Positions 39,288 to 51,682 of a stretch of 64,000 nucleotides of DNA are shown here, piece by piece. The DNA is from Nymphaea colorata. Taxonomy: Eukaryota. The notes under the pieces were generated by a model, which was given only the letters and a program-made list of their open reading frames with translations, did not search any database and had not been told where the DNA came from. A program made the translations under genes and the position numbers. Numbering within the stretch: the stretch's first letter is position 1; each line of letters starts with the position of its first letter. Where the stretch lies: the NCBI RefSeq assembly GCF_008831285.2, contig NC_045138.2, forward strand, positions 42,036,001 to 42,100,000, in the 5' to 3' direction.

Positions 39288-42200
39288 CAGGTCGTTTGAT
39301 TGTTGTCCACTAGGACAGGACAGACAGGACGTCCTGTCCATTACACCACTGTCCTGTCCTCATGGACAATGGTGTTCTTTGTCCACCGTTTGATGATTTT
39401 TGGAACAAAACAATGTGTTCTTCTTGTCCGGCGTTTGTTTCGTGTGTATTTGTTCTGTCTGTTCTGTCCTGTATGACGTTTGTTTTTGTCTTGTCTGATC
39501 TATCCATTCTGTCTGATGTTTAATCCTGTCTGACGTTTGTACTGAAAGAAACCTTCAATTTTAATATCTTCTGTATTTATTTCCAAAGAATATTTTATTT
39601 ACAAGTACAACTTCCTCAGCAATAAATAAGAAAAAACAAAAAACTTAAAAGTCTTTTATCAGGAAGCAATACAAAACGTCAGTGAACAAAGGGAGAAGCA
39701 TTCATATCACATTGGAAGGAACATGTTCAAATAATATAAGAGTGTGTGCCCTTTACCTCAGTTTCGAAAGTATTTCAAATGAACTCTTCTTGTAAGGAGT
39801 AAAAACATACATTTAATCAAATACACAGGAACCAGTTCAGAATGTCACAACCACAGTTGTGACAAAGCTTTTATGAAAAACCGAAAGAATAGTTGACACT
39901 TTCACAAGAAGAATGTGATGGAAAGAAAAAGATCTGGCAGGTCTCTTAGCCACAACATGGCATCTCTTCAAATATCTTAACAATTCAAGCACGAAAGGCT
40001 TTCAATTAAACATAAAATGAATCATTTTTCCTGAATGCCATAGTACAAAAACAAACATCTCACAATTTTCCCTATCAATGTTAACAAGTATTAACAAGTA
40101 TCGAACAATTACAAAAGTATCCGATAGATGAAGCAGAGATTATTACATCGACTGTAAAAGCAAAGTACAACATTGACATATTCGCCTGTATCACAGCATT
40201 GTAGAGAACAATGAGGAACACACCATTGTCAACTTGCTTCTAGTGGTAACAGAGAGGCACCTAGCCACCATCCAAAGGATCATGTCAGGGCAGAATCATG
40301 CCCAGGCAACGCCTTCACCACCACTTCTTCACCATCGTCAACTTACTCACTTGCTGAGACTAAATAAGACCTATTGGTACATAGAAAAGCATGATCAAGA
40401 AGTAGAAACAAAGATTTTCAGTGTTTTGAGCACATTTATAACAAATACACATTAATAATTAAAACTGTGCCTTAATAACGAAAAAAAGGCCTTATTTCAT
40501 AATCTATTTCAGTTGGATAATTGCAGATTATGGGACAAACTGTGTTTTAAAACCTCAGGTAAGTAAATAGCAACAGTTGAAGCAATAAAGCAGAAAGCCC
40601 AAAAGGAAGCATGTGTACATAATATTGGCATAGATGCCCATCTAAAAAGCAGTAAAATTTATTGAAACAGACAGAAAATTCAATACCTTGTGCAAATGAA
40701 ATTTCACTTCTTCGACAATTACAATTATGTCAGTTGCTAGCTCTAATGCCACAAACCTGCATGATTTATCAAAATTAAAGACAGAAAGGGAACCATTTTA
40801 ATAAAATTGATCAATAAGGAGAAGACCATTTTTTCTATCAATACAAGAATATAACATGTTGTTTCAGTCCAAAAACAGAGGATAAAGGATGCCAAATAAC
40901 AAAAACATAGGGATTGCCTGCCTAGCTCCCTTGAATTGTCTCATACTCGTGACTAACTTCAAAATGACCACCAAATAGCTTCCCTCCTAAATAGAAAAGG
41001 CCCACCACCAAATGCTTTGATGAATAAGAACTTACAAAATATGCCACAATGAAAAGGTTACTCAAGTAAAATTACAAAATGATAACCCAAATGCATTAAA
41101 ATTTAACGAATACTTCATCTCTAAAATTTACTGAAAACTTTGTTCTTCCTTTTTCAAATAACCCAAATTAACGTAGCACATCACAAAAGAATTAAAATCA
41201 AAATGAGCAAAATGAGTAACTCATAACGAAAATATCAGAACCTAGATTTAACAAGCAAATGAGTAGCTGCCTTTTCTCTCATACTACTAGATTTCTAGCC
41301 ATCTTCTTTGATCTTTTAGCACAGCTTTAAAACATCTAATTCCACATCTAATTCCATCCTGTGGGAGTAGATTGTTAGATAAGTACCATGCACCAGCACC
41401 TTGAGAAAGACCCCATTTGAGTATAGAAAATTCTGCAAAATCCTACCCCTATACAACTATCTTGCTGCTGACCTTTGTCTCCCTCCTGTCTGTAACTCTA
41501 CTTTACCAACCTTACTAGCTAGACCACAAGAAGAATGCATATTTATTGAAAATAGATACTTCTTAATAATGGCCTTTGAACAGTACTGTACTAGGAAACC
41601 ATGTTGACATATGATGGTTGATTCTCGATTTTTGGCAGGAATCACCAAGGGAAGATTGTAGAGAATTCGGTATTACAGAAGCATGTTCATGTTAGTGCAT
41701 AATTGTTTGCACCTGGAAAAACTCAATATCTAAAAAATTTAAGCTTACATGCTCACTCCGTAGCCACTAATAGGAAAAGTTTAAACAGAAACAGATGGAG
41801 GAAAAGAGAAGTAAAACCAGTTTATGAACTAGTATATATTTCTCTCTAGCTCCAGTTTGTGCTGCTTCTTGAAGTTCATCTCTTATGATTAGAACAAGAC
41901 CCCTCCACAAGCAGACGACAAATTGAAGAAAAAAAAAAAAAGAAAATTTCAAAGGATATATGGCCTCAACAACCAGCCTTTGTATTTTTCTTGAGAAGTA
42001 CACCTACAATCCAAGCAAAACACAAAAATCGTGCTTATGATTTCTTATACATATAGATATTGACTTGTAACTTTCCTTTACCGGTTTGGCAACCAAATTT
42101 GATTTTCAAGTCACCCAAATTTACCCAAACAGCACACCAAAGAATTCGGTTAGCAATACAAATATATTGCAAGACAAAAAATGAAGGTTCCTCCAACACA

Positions 42201-42976
42201 GAACAGTGCATGACGAAGGGCAATAACAAACTGAAGCAGCACTCAAAAAACAAAAAATCGGGAAAATGGAGGACAGTGGAAACCCAACCTATTTCCATAA
42301 TAGAATGGGAGAGATAGAATGGGGTTATGGTTTTTCTTTTTTCTAATTCTAACCATTTCTGCGTCTCCGCTTGAGAATCTGACATATCAAAACGTTAATC
42401 CAGCATATGTCATGCTAACGCCTAAAATGGAGAAGCAGCCGTAAGACAGGGACATACCTGTGGAATGGGCAGATTGCTTGATTGGCAGGGCGAGGGGCAG
42501 CTTCAATCCACTGCACGTTTGAAGGAGGCGAGAGGTTGAAGGAGGGTGAAGAAGCATGAGGGGCAAGGAAGACAAGAAGGGGCTACAGGGTGAGGGCTAG
42601 GGCAGCTCGGGCGGCGGAGGAGAAGGAGAGAAACAGGAATAGGGCAGCTCAGGGGCGTAGACAAGGGCGGAGATGGAGGAGAAAGTAAGGTTGGGAGCGG
42701 AGAAGAGGAGAAAGGCAGGGGAGATGGGGGTGGAGGTGGAGGAGAAGGAGATGGGGGCAGAGGTCGAGGGCTTGGGGTCTGGGTCGTCGGGGGCGGGAGA
42801 TGAAGTTTCTGTCCTGTCTGTTCCGAGGTTTAGCTCGGAACAGAACGAGACAAAAAAATTATTTATACGTTCGTTCAGTCGTCCATCCTGTCCTGTGTCC
42901 AACGTTTGATGAAAAAATCTACTAGACAAGACACACGTGTCCTGTTCTGCGTGTCCTGTGGCCATCAAACGACCTC
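39288..42976. mobile_element. Non-autonomous PIF/Harbinger-like element (~3.7 kb) carrying gene-derived sequence
   Basis: Inverted termini CAGGTCGTTTGAT (39288-39300) and ATCAAACGACCTC (42964-42976), 12 of 13 matching; flanks AAA/TAA; GTCCTGTC/GACAGGAC motifs clustered inside both ends; no transposase. Confidence 0.78.
40687..40756 (-). pseudogene. Isolated 70-nt exon of an NPH3/RPT2-like (NRL/NPY) BTB-POZ gene
   Basis: GCAG|G TTT GTG GCA...TTG CAC AAG|GTATTG encodes FVALELATDIIVIVEEVKFHLHK, which resembles the NRL BTB start (YVxxELATDIxVxVGDVKFYLHK before FPLLSKS). Neighbouring exons not found. Confidence 0.85.
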
Positions 42977-44536
42977 TAAAGGTATAAGGGTTTTGGAACT
43001 TAGTGCCCTTCAGCTAAAAGTTTCTAGCTCCTCTACTGTTTCCAGGATTTGAAGGCGGTAAAAGAAGATAGGCTTCTAAAAGGTCAAAAGGCCACATCCT
43101 CATATGTAAGAAGGTTTCTTGATAGGAAGGAATCTCTTAGTTGCCATAGGGTTTGCGGTGGAACCCATTGTTCCTCATGTTATCAATGACTAAAATCCAC
43201 AACGTTTTGATAAAATTATGCATGATATCAAAGATAATCTTTATTCAGACTTTATGAGAACCACCAACCTTACTTGAACCGGTTGTTCTTGGATCATTGA
43301 GGACCACTGTACTGAAGATGAGTCCATTTGCTTTCTACATTTGATGTGTCATATATAGGAAGTTGGACACCATGTCCTTACTTGCATTCCTTCTCTTTAT
43401 CGTTCAACACTGAAGGTCTTTCACTTGTCTGCTATTAGTCACTTGCACTTGTTGTGCTTCCTCCCTTGCTTTCTTCTAAAAGGTTTAGCATTCATGTGTG
43501 TGGGCTACGTTTCTATGAATGTTAAGGTGACGGACAAAGAGGCTTTTGTTAGAAAATTTTTTATGGGCTTATGTATATTAATAGCTGTTCAATATATCTT
43601 TGCTCTCTATTTAAATTAATCCATTTTAAAGTGATCTTATATAGTTGGATTTTGTATCATCTCAAATTGTATGGATACAATATGTATCAAAACCAATGAG
43701 AACTCATAGTTGGCCTAAATTTGGGCAAAAACTGAATTTAGATGTTGAGGATGTTATAAATATAGTTGTACTATTGAAGGCTTTATGATGCAATATGGTT
43801 TTCTCTATTCTCATGATAAAGGAATTCTGAGCACTACCTAGTGGCCTTTAGAAGGTCCACAATTTCTCATTACTTATTTTTTCGACAGTTTTATTGTCAT
43901 AGGCTTACCTTTCTTTGGTCCATGCGGCACAACGTTCATATTTTCCACCGCAAGCATAAGAGGTGAGTATCTATCTATTCTTATTACTTTGAAAATAAAG
44001 ATTGCATAAAGAAGATAAGTTCACAAGTAAAGGGTAAGGAACTTGCAGTGAGTTGTTTCATTCACTTAACAAGACTACTACAATTAAGCAAAATTATAAA
44101 ACTCAACTTTACTTATTCAGGGTGTCTGAAGGTGCACACATGAGTGAACATCCACCATGAAAGATCCCCAAACATGATTTGGACAGGTGGGAGGGTACTA
44201 CTTTACAAGTGAATATACATACACAAATAAACATTATACATAAAAGATGACTATACAAACATAGACATATGGAAATATGATCTATCCTTCAAATGATCCA
44301 AGCACAACTATTTCTTGGTATGCTATGACTTCTTCTAGATTGCACTTCTTCATTCTAAACATGTGTTCTACTCCATCTACCTACTTCATTAAGTACTTTA
44401 ACTGACAAGCAACTTGATTTTGTTCCAAAAGAGTCTACTCTAATTACTTGTCTACTACACACTTTGCTGAAGGTGCTCTTTATAGGATCGAGTCCTGCTA
44501 CAACATGTTTATCTCAGGATCTTCATCATACAAGAG

Positions 44537-44885
44537 TCTACTTGCCAAACACCCAAAGCATGATTGACCGATGGGAGGTATTCCCTTACAAGTGAACTTG
44601 CATACACAAAAGGATTACATACAAAGATGACTACACCGACATAGTCATATGTGAATAGTTAGTATGTATACTTAGTGTCATTGATTTGCTTGAACAATTT
44701 GATATTTTCCTCTACTTTCCAAACACCCAAAGCATGATAGACCAGTGGGATGGTACTTCCTTACAGGTGAACTTGCATACACAAAAGGATTACATACAAA
44801 GATGACTATACCGACATAGTCATATGTGAATAGTTAGTATGTATACTTAGTGTCATTGATTTCCTTGAACAATTTGAGATTTTCC
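44537..44885. repeat. ~174-bp tandem duplication, with a more diverged partial copy at ~44160-44280
   Basis: TCTACTT.CCAAACACCCAAAGCATGAT...GAACAATTTGA.ATTTTCC starts at 44537 and at 44711, with a few substitutions. Confidence 0.92.
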
Positions 44886-47344
44886 ACACAAAATATTTTA
44901 CACCTTATGTTTTCACTTTTCATAAAGTGTTGAATAGTATTCATTCTCATCAAGAGCTAGTGCTTGCTTTCAAGATTGAAAATGTTCGATAGCTCCACTA
45001 AGCATATTACTTGAAGGGAGCATGTATGCAAACAGAGGCCACCAACAAGCTATCCTAGTTTCACTGCACAGTGATTCCCAAGAATAGGTCAATGCCAGTG
45101 AAATTTCTATATCCAATAGGCCAGGTAACCAATAAGACACTAAAAAAACAAGTCTCTAAATTGGGAACCCTTTGGAAAATGATATAAATGTCAAGATAGG
45201 CACAACAAATTGTTTTCTCTTTGACATATCCACCAATACATATAGTTATCTGTCTACTTAAGTCACCTTATTTTTTAGTTCCTTCAATAAAAAATAATTT
45301 AAATTATTATAAACTGATTTAGAAAATAAAAATACATGAATTCACGTCATTCTCAAGGTCAATGAGAGGATACGACCTACTACCTAGAAAAGAGATGAAA
45401 TATCCTCCCCATTCCCTTCCCTCCAAGGTCCTGGACTGCATTTGTGCTAGTGACAGTAGTAGTGCACCATTCAATTTAAGTATTGTATCCAACACTTAAG
45501 ACATAAAGGCATACGACCATGTAACATCACTATCATGTCATATCAGTAAGAAATCAACATGATATGTATCAGCAATTTCACTCCTAGAAATAGTGATACT
45601 AATAAGACTACTTTTTGGGAAGATTATTGATTGTCTTATACTCTTTCCCAAGTTTGCCTAGTCCCATCCTACCAAGAGAGAGAAAGAGAGAAAGAGAGTT
45701 TTCTTGAAAATCTTTAGAAGAATAACCCACCTAGTGTCTTAATGACCGCAGTTTATTTGGCTTTGCTGGGGAATCAAACTGGGACAAGAAGGAGATTAAG
45801 GATTGTCTCAGTGAGATCATGTGACAAAGGCATCTTGCCAAAATGGATGTAGTACTGCAATCAGCCTTCCTAGTGGCTGGTAGGCGGTATGTTACTGGCA
45901 CAAGTAGTATAGGCATTTTTTCCCTTGTGTCAGTAATGAAAAGCAAGCGAAGCACAGTGGCGGAGGGAGGGGGAAAAATGCAAAATTCAAAATTCAAAAT
46001 TCAAAATACAAAATTTTTATTACTTTTATGTAATATTTGAATCTGGATTCAATTTGGCCCTACCCTACCCGGATCCAACTCCAACCCACAAAACCAGGCC
46101 CGCCCCTTTGGTTTGCCCTATTTCAATTCTTGAAAGGGAAAAATGCACGGGAGAGACGGAGAGACTAGAGAGTGCGAGGGAGGAGAAAACAAGAGACAAA
46201 GTGACTGAGTGAGGCTGTGAGGGAGATGGTCTGATAGATAGAGATTAGAGAAACAGAAATATGAACGACTGAGAAAGGGAGCAGGTCCGCAGCTCGCAGG
46301 GAAGACCAAGAGACAAGAGAAGAGAGCACTGAGCACTGAGCAGGTTGCTGTGCTGGGCCTGCTGGCTACAGGAAGGAGATGGGCCGTTTCCTGACTTTCT
46401 TCCATACTTTATTTAGTGGTCTTCCATTTTTGTTGCGTAGTGAACTATGGTGGGGCTGGTTCCTTCATACTTCAGTTTTTTTTTTCTTAACCTTTTTTGT
46501 AATTTTTTCTCTCCGTTTTATGGTGGGTTTCTAATTTCTATTATGCACATTTTTTTATTTTTTAACCTTGATCTTTCACTGAATCTGTTATTGTTTGTTG
46601 ACCTCTTTTATTGTGCTGCTCTTAACCAAATGCTTATCCAATATCGAACAACAAAATTCAGAATTAATAAGGAACCTGTGCGAGAGCATCAAAGAAGTAC
46701 TGAATCTACTGATACAATTTCAAACACTGTAAATTTGAAAAAAGAGTAGGCTTCAGTAAACTGCTAAACTTCAATATGATAAAAACCTCACAGTGAATAT
46801 TTGATATTTGGAAGATATATCTGTGTCTGGAACATTGGCAAGAGTTGCAAATATGAAGGGAAACCATTCAACAAAATTGTGAAAAACGTAAATAATGAAG
46901 GTAAGGATTATGGTTTCCAGAAATATGCATATATTGCTTAAACAAACAGTTAGTAACCGATAAACTGCCATAAGCAAAAATAAATACCTACAATTGTTCA
47001 CGTGTTAGCTATGTACAAACAAATGAATGACTAATAAAAGATACTCACTTTTCTTAGGTGATGATGGTACCGAAAGACATCAAACTGGTGAAGGAAAGCA
47101 GCTGCTAAAATTGCTATAGTGCTACTGTAAGCTAACTTGACCAATTTAAGATGCCCTTTTACTGGTTTGTGAGCCTTAAGTACTGGCTCACCCATAAGGC
47201 CATAACATGTTTAGAGCATTCATTTATCCATATTCATGTTCAATTCGTCTGTCAAAAGGAAAGTGTTTATTGGCATTGGGTCATTATCTTAGCAGCTCAG
47301 CCAATGGTTCTCAACCATGACAGATGTTCCTTAGCTTTCAACAT

Positions 47345-47625
47345 AGACTATTTGAACTGGATAAATTTGTATCGTAAGCGAATATGGACATGTAAGATGA
47401 TAGGGAAGTCCCAGATAAATTTGTATCGTAAGCGAATATGGACATGTAAGATGACAGGGAAGTCCCAGATAAATTTGTATCGTAAGCGAATATGGACATG
47501 TAAGATGACAGGAAAGTCTGGCTTCACCTATGAGGAGGCTTTGTTGTCTGAGGGTAAGGGCAAAGAGGGTACTTTTCAATTACCAAATGAGTTGATTGCC
47601 CTTGCATTGCAATTGGTTCAGTTTA
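47345..47625 (+). pseudogene. Captured exon encoding part of a WAC (Acf1 N-terminal) domain, as in plant DDT/WAC ISWI-partner proteins
   Basis: DYLNWINLYRKRIWTCKMTGKSGFTYEEALLSE..QLPNELIALALQLVQF then |GTAAG. Fits the WAC pattern YLxRxxLYxQRVWTCxxTGKSxLTYxEALxSE. Acceptor reads CAT where copy B has CAG. Confidence 0.85.
47360..47518 (+). repeat. In-frame 54-bp near-triplication inside the WAC exon
   Basis: ATAAATTTGTATCGTAAGCGAATATGGACATGTAAGATGA starts at 47361, 47415 and 47469. Confidence 0.96.
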
Positions 47626-48331
47626 GTAAGATTTCAATCACTCCACTCGTGATAATTCGAAAAGCAAGTTAGCGAGGCGAGAAAACAACTCTTCATTGTT
47701 CTACAGAGTGCAAGAGGTTCAACAGGTGAATATTGTTTTCTTTATTTGTTGTTTATAAGGTGGTTGGTTTTAAATTCATGCTTTTCATAAGTTAAAATTT
47801 TAGTATCTTTCTTCGATGTGTATAAATCTTATTGTCTATTTTAAATTTCAGATTTTTTGTGTTAGCTTATTGATAAGATGAAGAAAAATATTTAAAGTTA
47901 TTTAAAAAAAAACAAGTTATTGATCAATTGGGAGAAAATGAAGAGGGAGAAAACAAAAATGCTGGTTGTTCTAGTCCGAAAGCTCTTGATGTTGTTCTTT
48001 TTTACTCAGATCTTCTACCTTTTAAGTATTCAAAAATTGAAACTGTAGAAAGCATCGTGCGTGATCCAGGGTTGCAACGTCCTATATGTGTGATCCATCG
48101 TGCTATATTTTTTTGGTTGTGATATTTGTATGTCCACTTTATGCTCACACTTACGTCACTGTAATAGAAATAGAACACATTGTCTGTTTAGGACAGATCG
48201 CGTTTTGTGCTAATGGCACAAACAATTATAAAATGTGTCGTAGGACAGGTCGCGTTTTACGTTCATGACATGGGCAATTATATATTCACTTCTACTACAC
48301 TATGACTTGCAAATACTATCTAAAGTGTGTG

Positions 48332-48368
<37 letters not shown>

Positions 48369-49162
48369 CATTTCGTTGGACCGTTCAGCCCTCCCCGAGA
48401 TAAAATCCTGGTTCCGCCCCTGGCGATGCATATACAAAAGTATGATGCTCTAATCCCTGCACCGATGCAACCCTGCTAAGATTTGAGTCTTGCTCGGATG
48501 GTGGAGCAATCCTCCTGCTCACCTGAAATATATCTTGCATACAGTTGCATGTCTCATGGATGTTAGTAAGTTTAACCATCATGAATTTAATGTTTATATG
48601 CTTTGATGTCAAGAAAGGTGCGCAACTCACTCTTGTGAGTGGAGTTGGTTCCAAATGGTCAGTAGCGTCATATGACACTCATTAACGCATAAAAATAACA
48701 AAATGTACAAGTATCTAAAATTAAATTTAGCTCCTACGGTGAAGACATGAAGCAGATGGAAAACTTTTTAGTGAGACTGAAGAATATGAAGAGTAGACAC
48801 CAAAAGATTGACTGGCACAATACCATTACCATCAGAGCCAAGCTTATACATAGTGGGGACCACGTGGCGGCACTAAGGCCGTACAAGTGTAATGCAGTTT
48901 GTATTACTTATAAAGGCGTCTCTTACATCTTTTTTTCCGCTATACGCAAGTTTCTTTCCTTTTTCGCATCCCGACATGCAATAAAAGTCAAGCCTTTGTA
49001 ATTGTCAGCTACTAATTTAGATGTTCGCGTGTATGCATCCGCTGACCGGAAGAGAGTATACAGGATAAACAATACTCTGGATATTCTTTTGGAAGAAGAT
49101 TATATATATATATATATATATATTAATATTAGAATCTGTCAGCAAGGAATGCTGTTGAATTG

Positions 49163-49352
49163 ACTAAATATTTGAAAACATGGCCAAATGTGACACGAAC
49201 CATTTCTAAAAACATTATAAACCGTGTTGGTACCATAAATCATGGTTAGTGCTTTCATTGTATGGTATATATATATATACTAAATATTTGAAAACATGGC
49301 CAAATGTGACACGAACCATTTCTAAAAACATTATAAACCGTGTTGGTACCAT
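49163..49352. repeat. 74-bp direct repeat (period 116)
   Basis: ACTAAATATTTGAAAACATGGCC...GTGTTGGTACCAT at 49163-49236 and 49279-49352. Confidence 0.92.
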
Positions 49353-50548
49353 TGTTATATATATATATATAAAGAGAGAAAAAAGAGAAAGAAAGGGAGA
49401 ACGTACACTAACTTTACGAAACGCCTACAACCATGAACTGTGGATTATGAATTGTGGATCGAGTGCATAGTTGTCAAAGTCTATTACTATGTGATGGAAC
49501 CAAAGAAATGCATGAACCAAAGAAATGCATCAGGTGCGTCAGATTAGGTACCATTACTTAATTGTTATTTAACTATTTTACATTTATTTATTTATTTTCA
49601 TTTTTATTTTTGAATTAGAATCTTATAAACTTTTTTATTTATTTGTTTTCAATTTCTGATAAATTTCTTAAAATTGATAAAACAAGTCATTTTTAGATTC
49701 TTTTGTCAATACTTTTCAAATTTTGTTTTAAAACATTGTTTTTTCATTTATTTGCATTAAAGCTCTAATTATAACGTTGGTTGCATTTAACACTACCAGA
49801 ACTGGCTTAAATGGACTAATTTGAACAAAGACCATTCAAACCAATTCGTATCATGACAGATTCAAGAGTGCAAACACGTCAACGTTTAACTAATTTGTTA
49901 ATTATTTTAATGTATCTAAAAATGTTACCACATGCCATTACTTTTCTAGAGTAATTTGTTTCCAATTCACAAATGACGGTGAACCAACCAATTTCTGACT
50001 ACAGTGGTTGAAAGGCTCCAGGTTTAGACAGTGTCCTGCGAAGCAAAGGAAAGGGAGATAGAACAAGATGCTCGTGTGCAGTATTTTGTCGTGGAAAGGC
50101 GGAAAATAAAATAGTAGGAAACCAGCGTGGTGCCAACCAAGCCGGAGCCCGTCGTCCAGTTCGAGAAGCAAAGGCAAACGAGAAAAAAACAAGAGGAAAA
50201 GAGATGGAAGATACTGAAAGCGTGTGGGCTGGCAGAGAGAGAGAGAGGAAAAGAGTATTGATTAAAGAGAAAAAAGGAAGCCCACCAGCCGTCCGCGAGT
50301 TGACATCTTCCGTCCTTTCAAAAGACTTCACGTCTCCTCCCTCCTCTCTCTCTACAGGGCAAGGACAAGGGGGTAAAGATAGGGGTTCCCTTCCCTCCCC
50401 CCCTTTAACTGCTCTTCCATTTCTCATGTCTACAGAGACCAAGTTGATGAAGATGACGATGGATGGGTGAGAAATTATGGATCCGTGAGAAATTTTGAGT
50501 AGCCATAAGGGGGTCGTCGTCTCTGCCATTGATTTCCTCTCCCAATTG

Positions 50549-51682
50549 ATGGAACTCCCTGGGTGGCAGAGTCCAAGGATCTCGCTCTCTTACTCCCTCA
50601 ACAGCAACAACAACAGTGATGGTTCTTCCCCGTCCAAGAACCACCGCCCTTGTGCGTCGCCAGAGTTCGAGTTTTGGATGGTCAGAAACCCTGCTTGCCC
50701 GACTCCCCATCTTCTCTCCGCCGACCAGTTGTTTGTCGACGGCGTCCTCCAACCCTTCAACCATCTCCCAAATCAGAACGAGGATGCGGAAGCAGAAGCA
50801 GCAGCAGCAGCAGCAGCACAAGGAGTGGAAGAAGAAGATGATGGTGATGAACTTGAGCCACGATCAGAAACTGAAAGGGAAGCTGCGCCTTCGCCAGCAG
50901 CTGTAGCCGAAACGGCAACCCAACCTGAACCCGAGAAGCCCACTCTGTCCCCTGCTTCCACCTGCACTTCGTCCACCTCTGGATCCAAGAGATGGAAGGA
51001 TATCTTCAGGATGGGGGAGAAGAAGGACAAGGACAAGGACAAGAAGAAGGACAGGAAGAAGAGCAGCGCGGAGCTCAACATCAACATTTGGCCCTTCTCC
51101 CGCAGCCGCTCCGCGGGGACTAGCAGCGGCGGCCGGACGAGAGCAGCCGCCTCGGCAGGCCGGAAGGCAAGCAGTGCGCCTTGCTCGAGGAGTAATTCCA
51201 CTGGGGAGTCGAAGTCGAAGCTGCAGATGGAGGTGGAGTGCCGGCCATTGGGACTGCAACTTTCTCTAGACGAAAATGGGAGATGCAGCGGCGCCGGTGT
51301 AGGCAGGGGGAGGAGGTGGGCTAGCAGCCCCGGCAGGCCCGCCGGCGTCTACTTGGGCAGGAGCAGCCCCGTTAGGCCCGTCCGTCGCGTTGGTTCAGTC
51401 CCGAAGAAGATTGATAGGTGTACGCTTGGCTCCGAGAAGAAGCAACGTGGTGGTGTTGGTGCTATGAGGGTGTTGAATGTGAATGTACCTCTCTGTATGG
51501 GGTACGGGCAGCATTCTGGCTGCAGCTCTGTGGAGGAGGGAAGTGGGGGTGGTAGAATTGGCCGTGGCGGCAGCAGCCGCAACAACTGTGGCAGCACAAC
51601 AACCACCACCACCACCGCCAGCAGCCACAGCAGCAATCCCCTTTTCAACCTCAGAGCCATTTTCTCCAAGAAAGTGTATTAA
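50549..51682 (+). CDS. Intronless plant-specific Ser/Arg/Lys/Gly-rich uncharacterised protein (377 aa)
   Basis: Long GC-rich ORF from the first ATG (50549). Motifs I recognise from uncharacterised plant proteins: SPRISLS, SPEFEFWMVRNP, LSADQLFVDGVL, SKRWKDIF, AELNINIWPFSRSRSAG, SSAPCSRSNS, LGRSSPV, RVLNVNVPLCMGY, LFNLRAIFSKKVY*. Confidence 0.92.
   Translation: MELPGWQSPRISLSYSLNSNNNSDGSSPSKNHRPCASPEFEFWMVRNPACPTPHLLSADQLFVDGVLQPFNHLPNQNEDAEAEAAAAAAAQGVEEEDDGDELEPRSETEREAAPSPAAVAETATQPEPEKPTLSPASTCTSSTSGSKRWKDIFRMGEKKDKDKDKKKDRKKSSAELNINIWPFSRSRSAGTSSGGRTRAAASAGRKASSAPCSRSNSTGESKSKLQMEVECRPLGLQLSLDENGRCSGAGVGRGRRWASSPGRPAGVYLGRSSPVRPVRRVGSVPKKIDRCTLGSEKKQRGGVGAMRVLNVNVPLCMGYGQHSGCSSVEEGSGGGRIGRGGSSRNNCGSTTTTTTTASSHSSNPLFNLRAIFSKKVY

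Larger units (their letters stand above)
45955..48422 (+). mobile_element. Non-autonomous hAT (Pack-hAT) copy A, complete, 2468 bp
   Basis: TIRs CAGTGGCGGA (45955) and TCCGCCCCTG (48422); 8-bp TSD GCGAAGCA/GCGATGCA (7 of 8); no transposase; contains a WAC-domain exon. Confidence 0.88.

Noticed and set aside
50495..50548. TTG-initiated N-terminal extension of the gene, and overlapping antisense ORFs
   Set aside because: The first ATG (50549) directly precedes the conserved-looking SPRIS motif; antisense ORFs reflect GC-rich codons.
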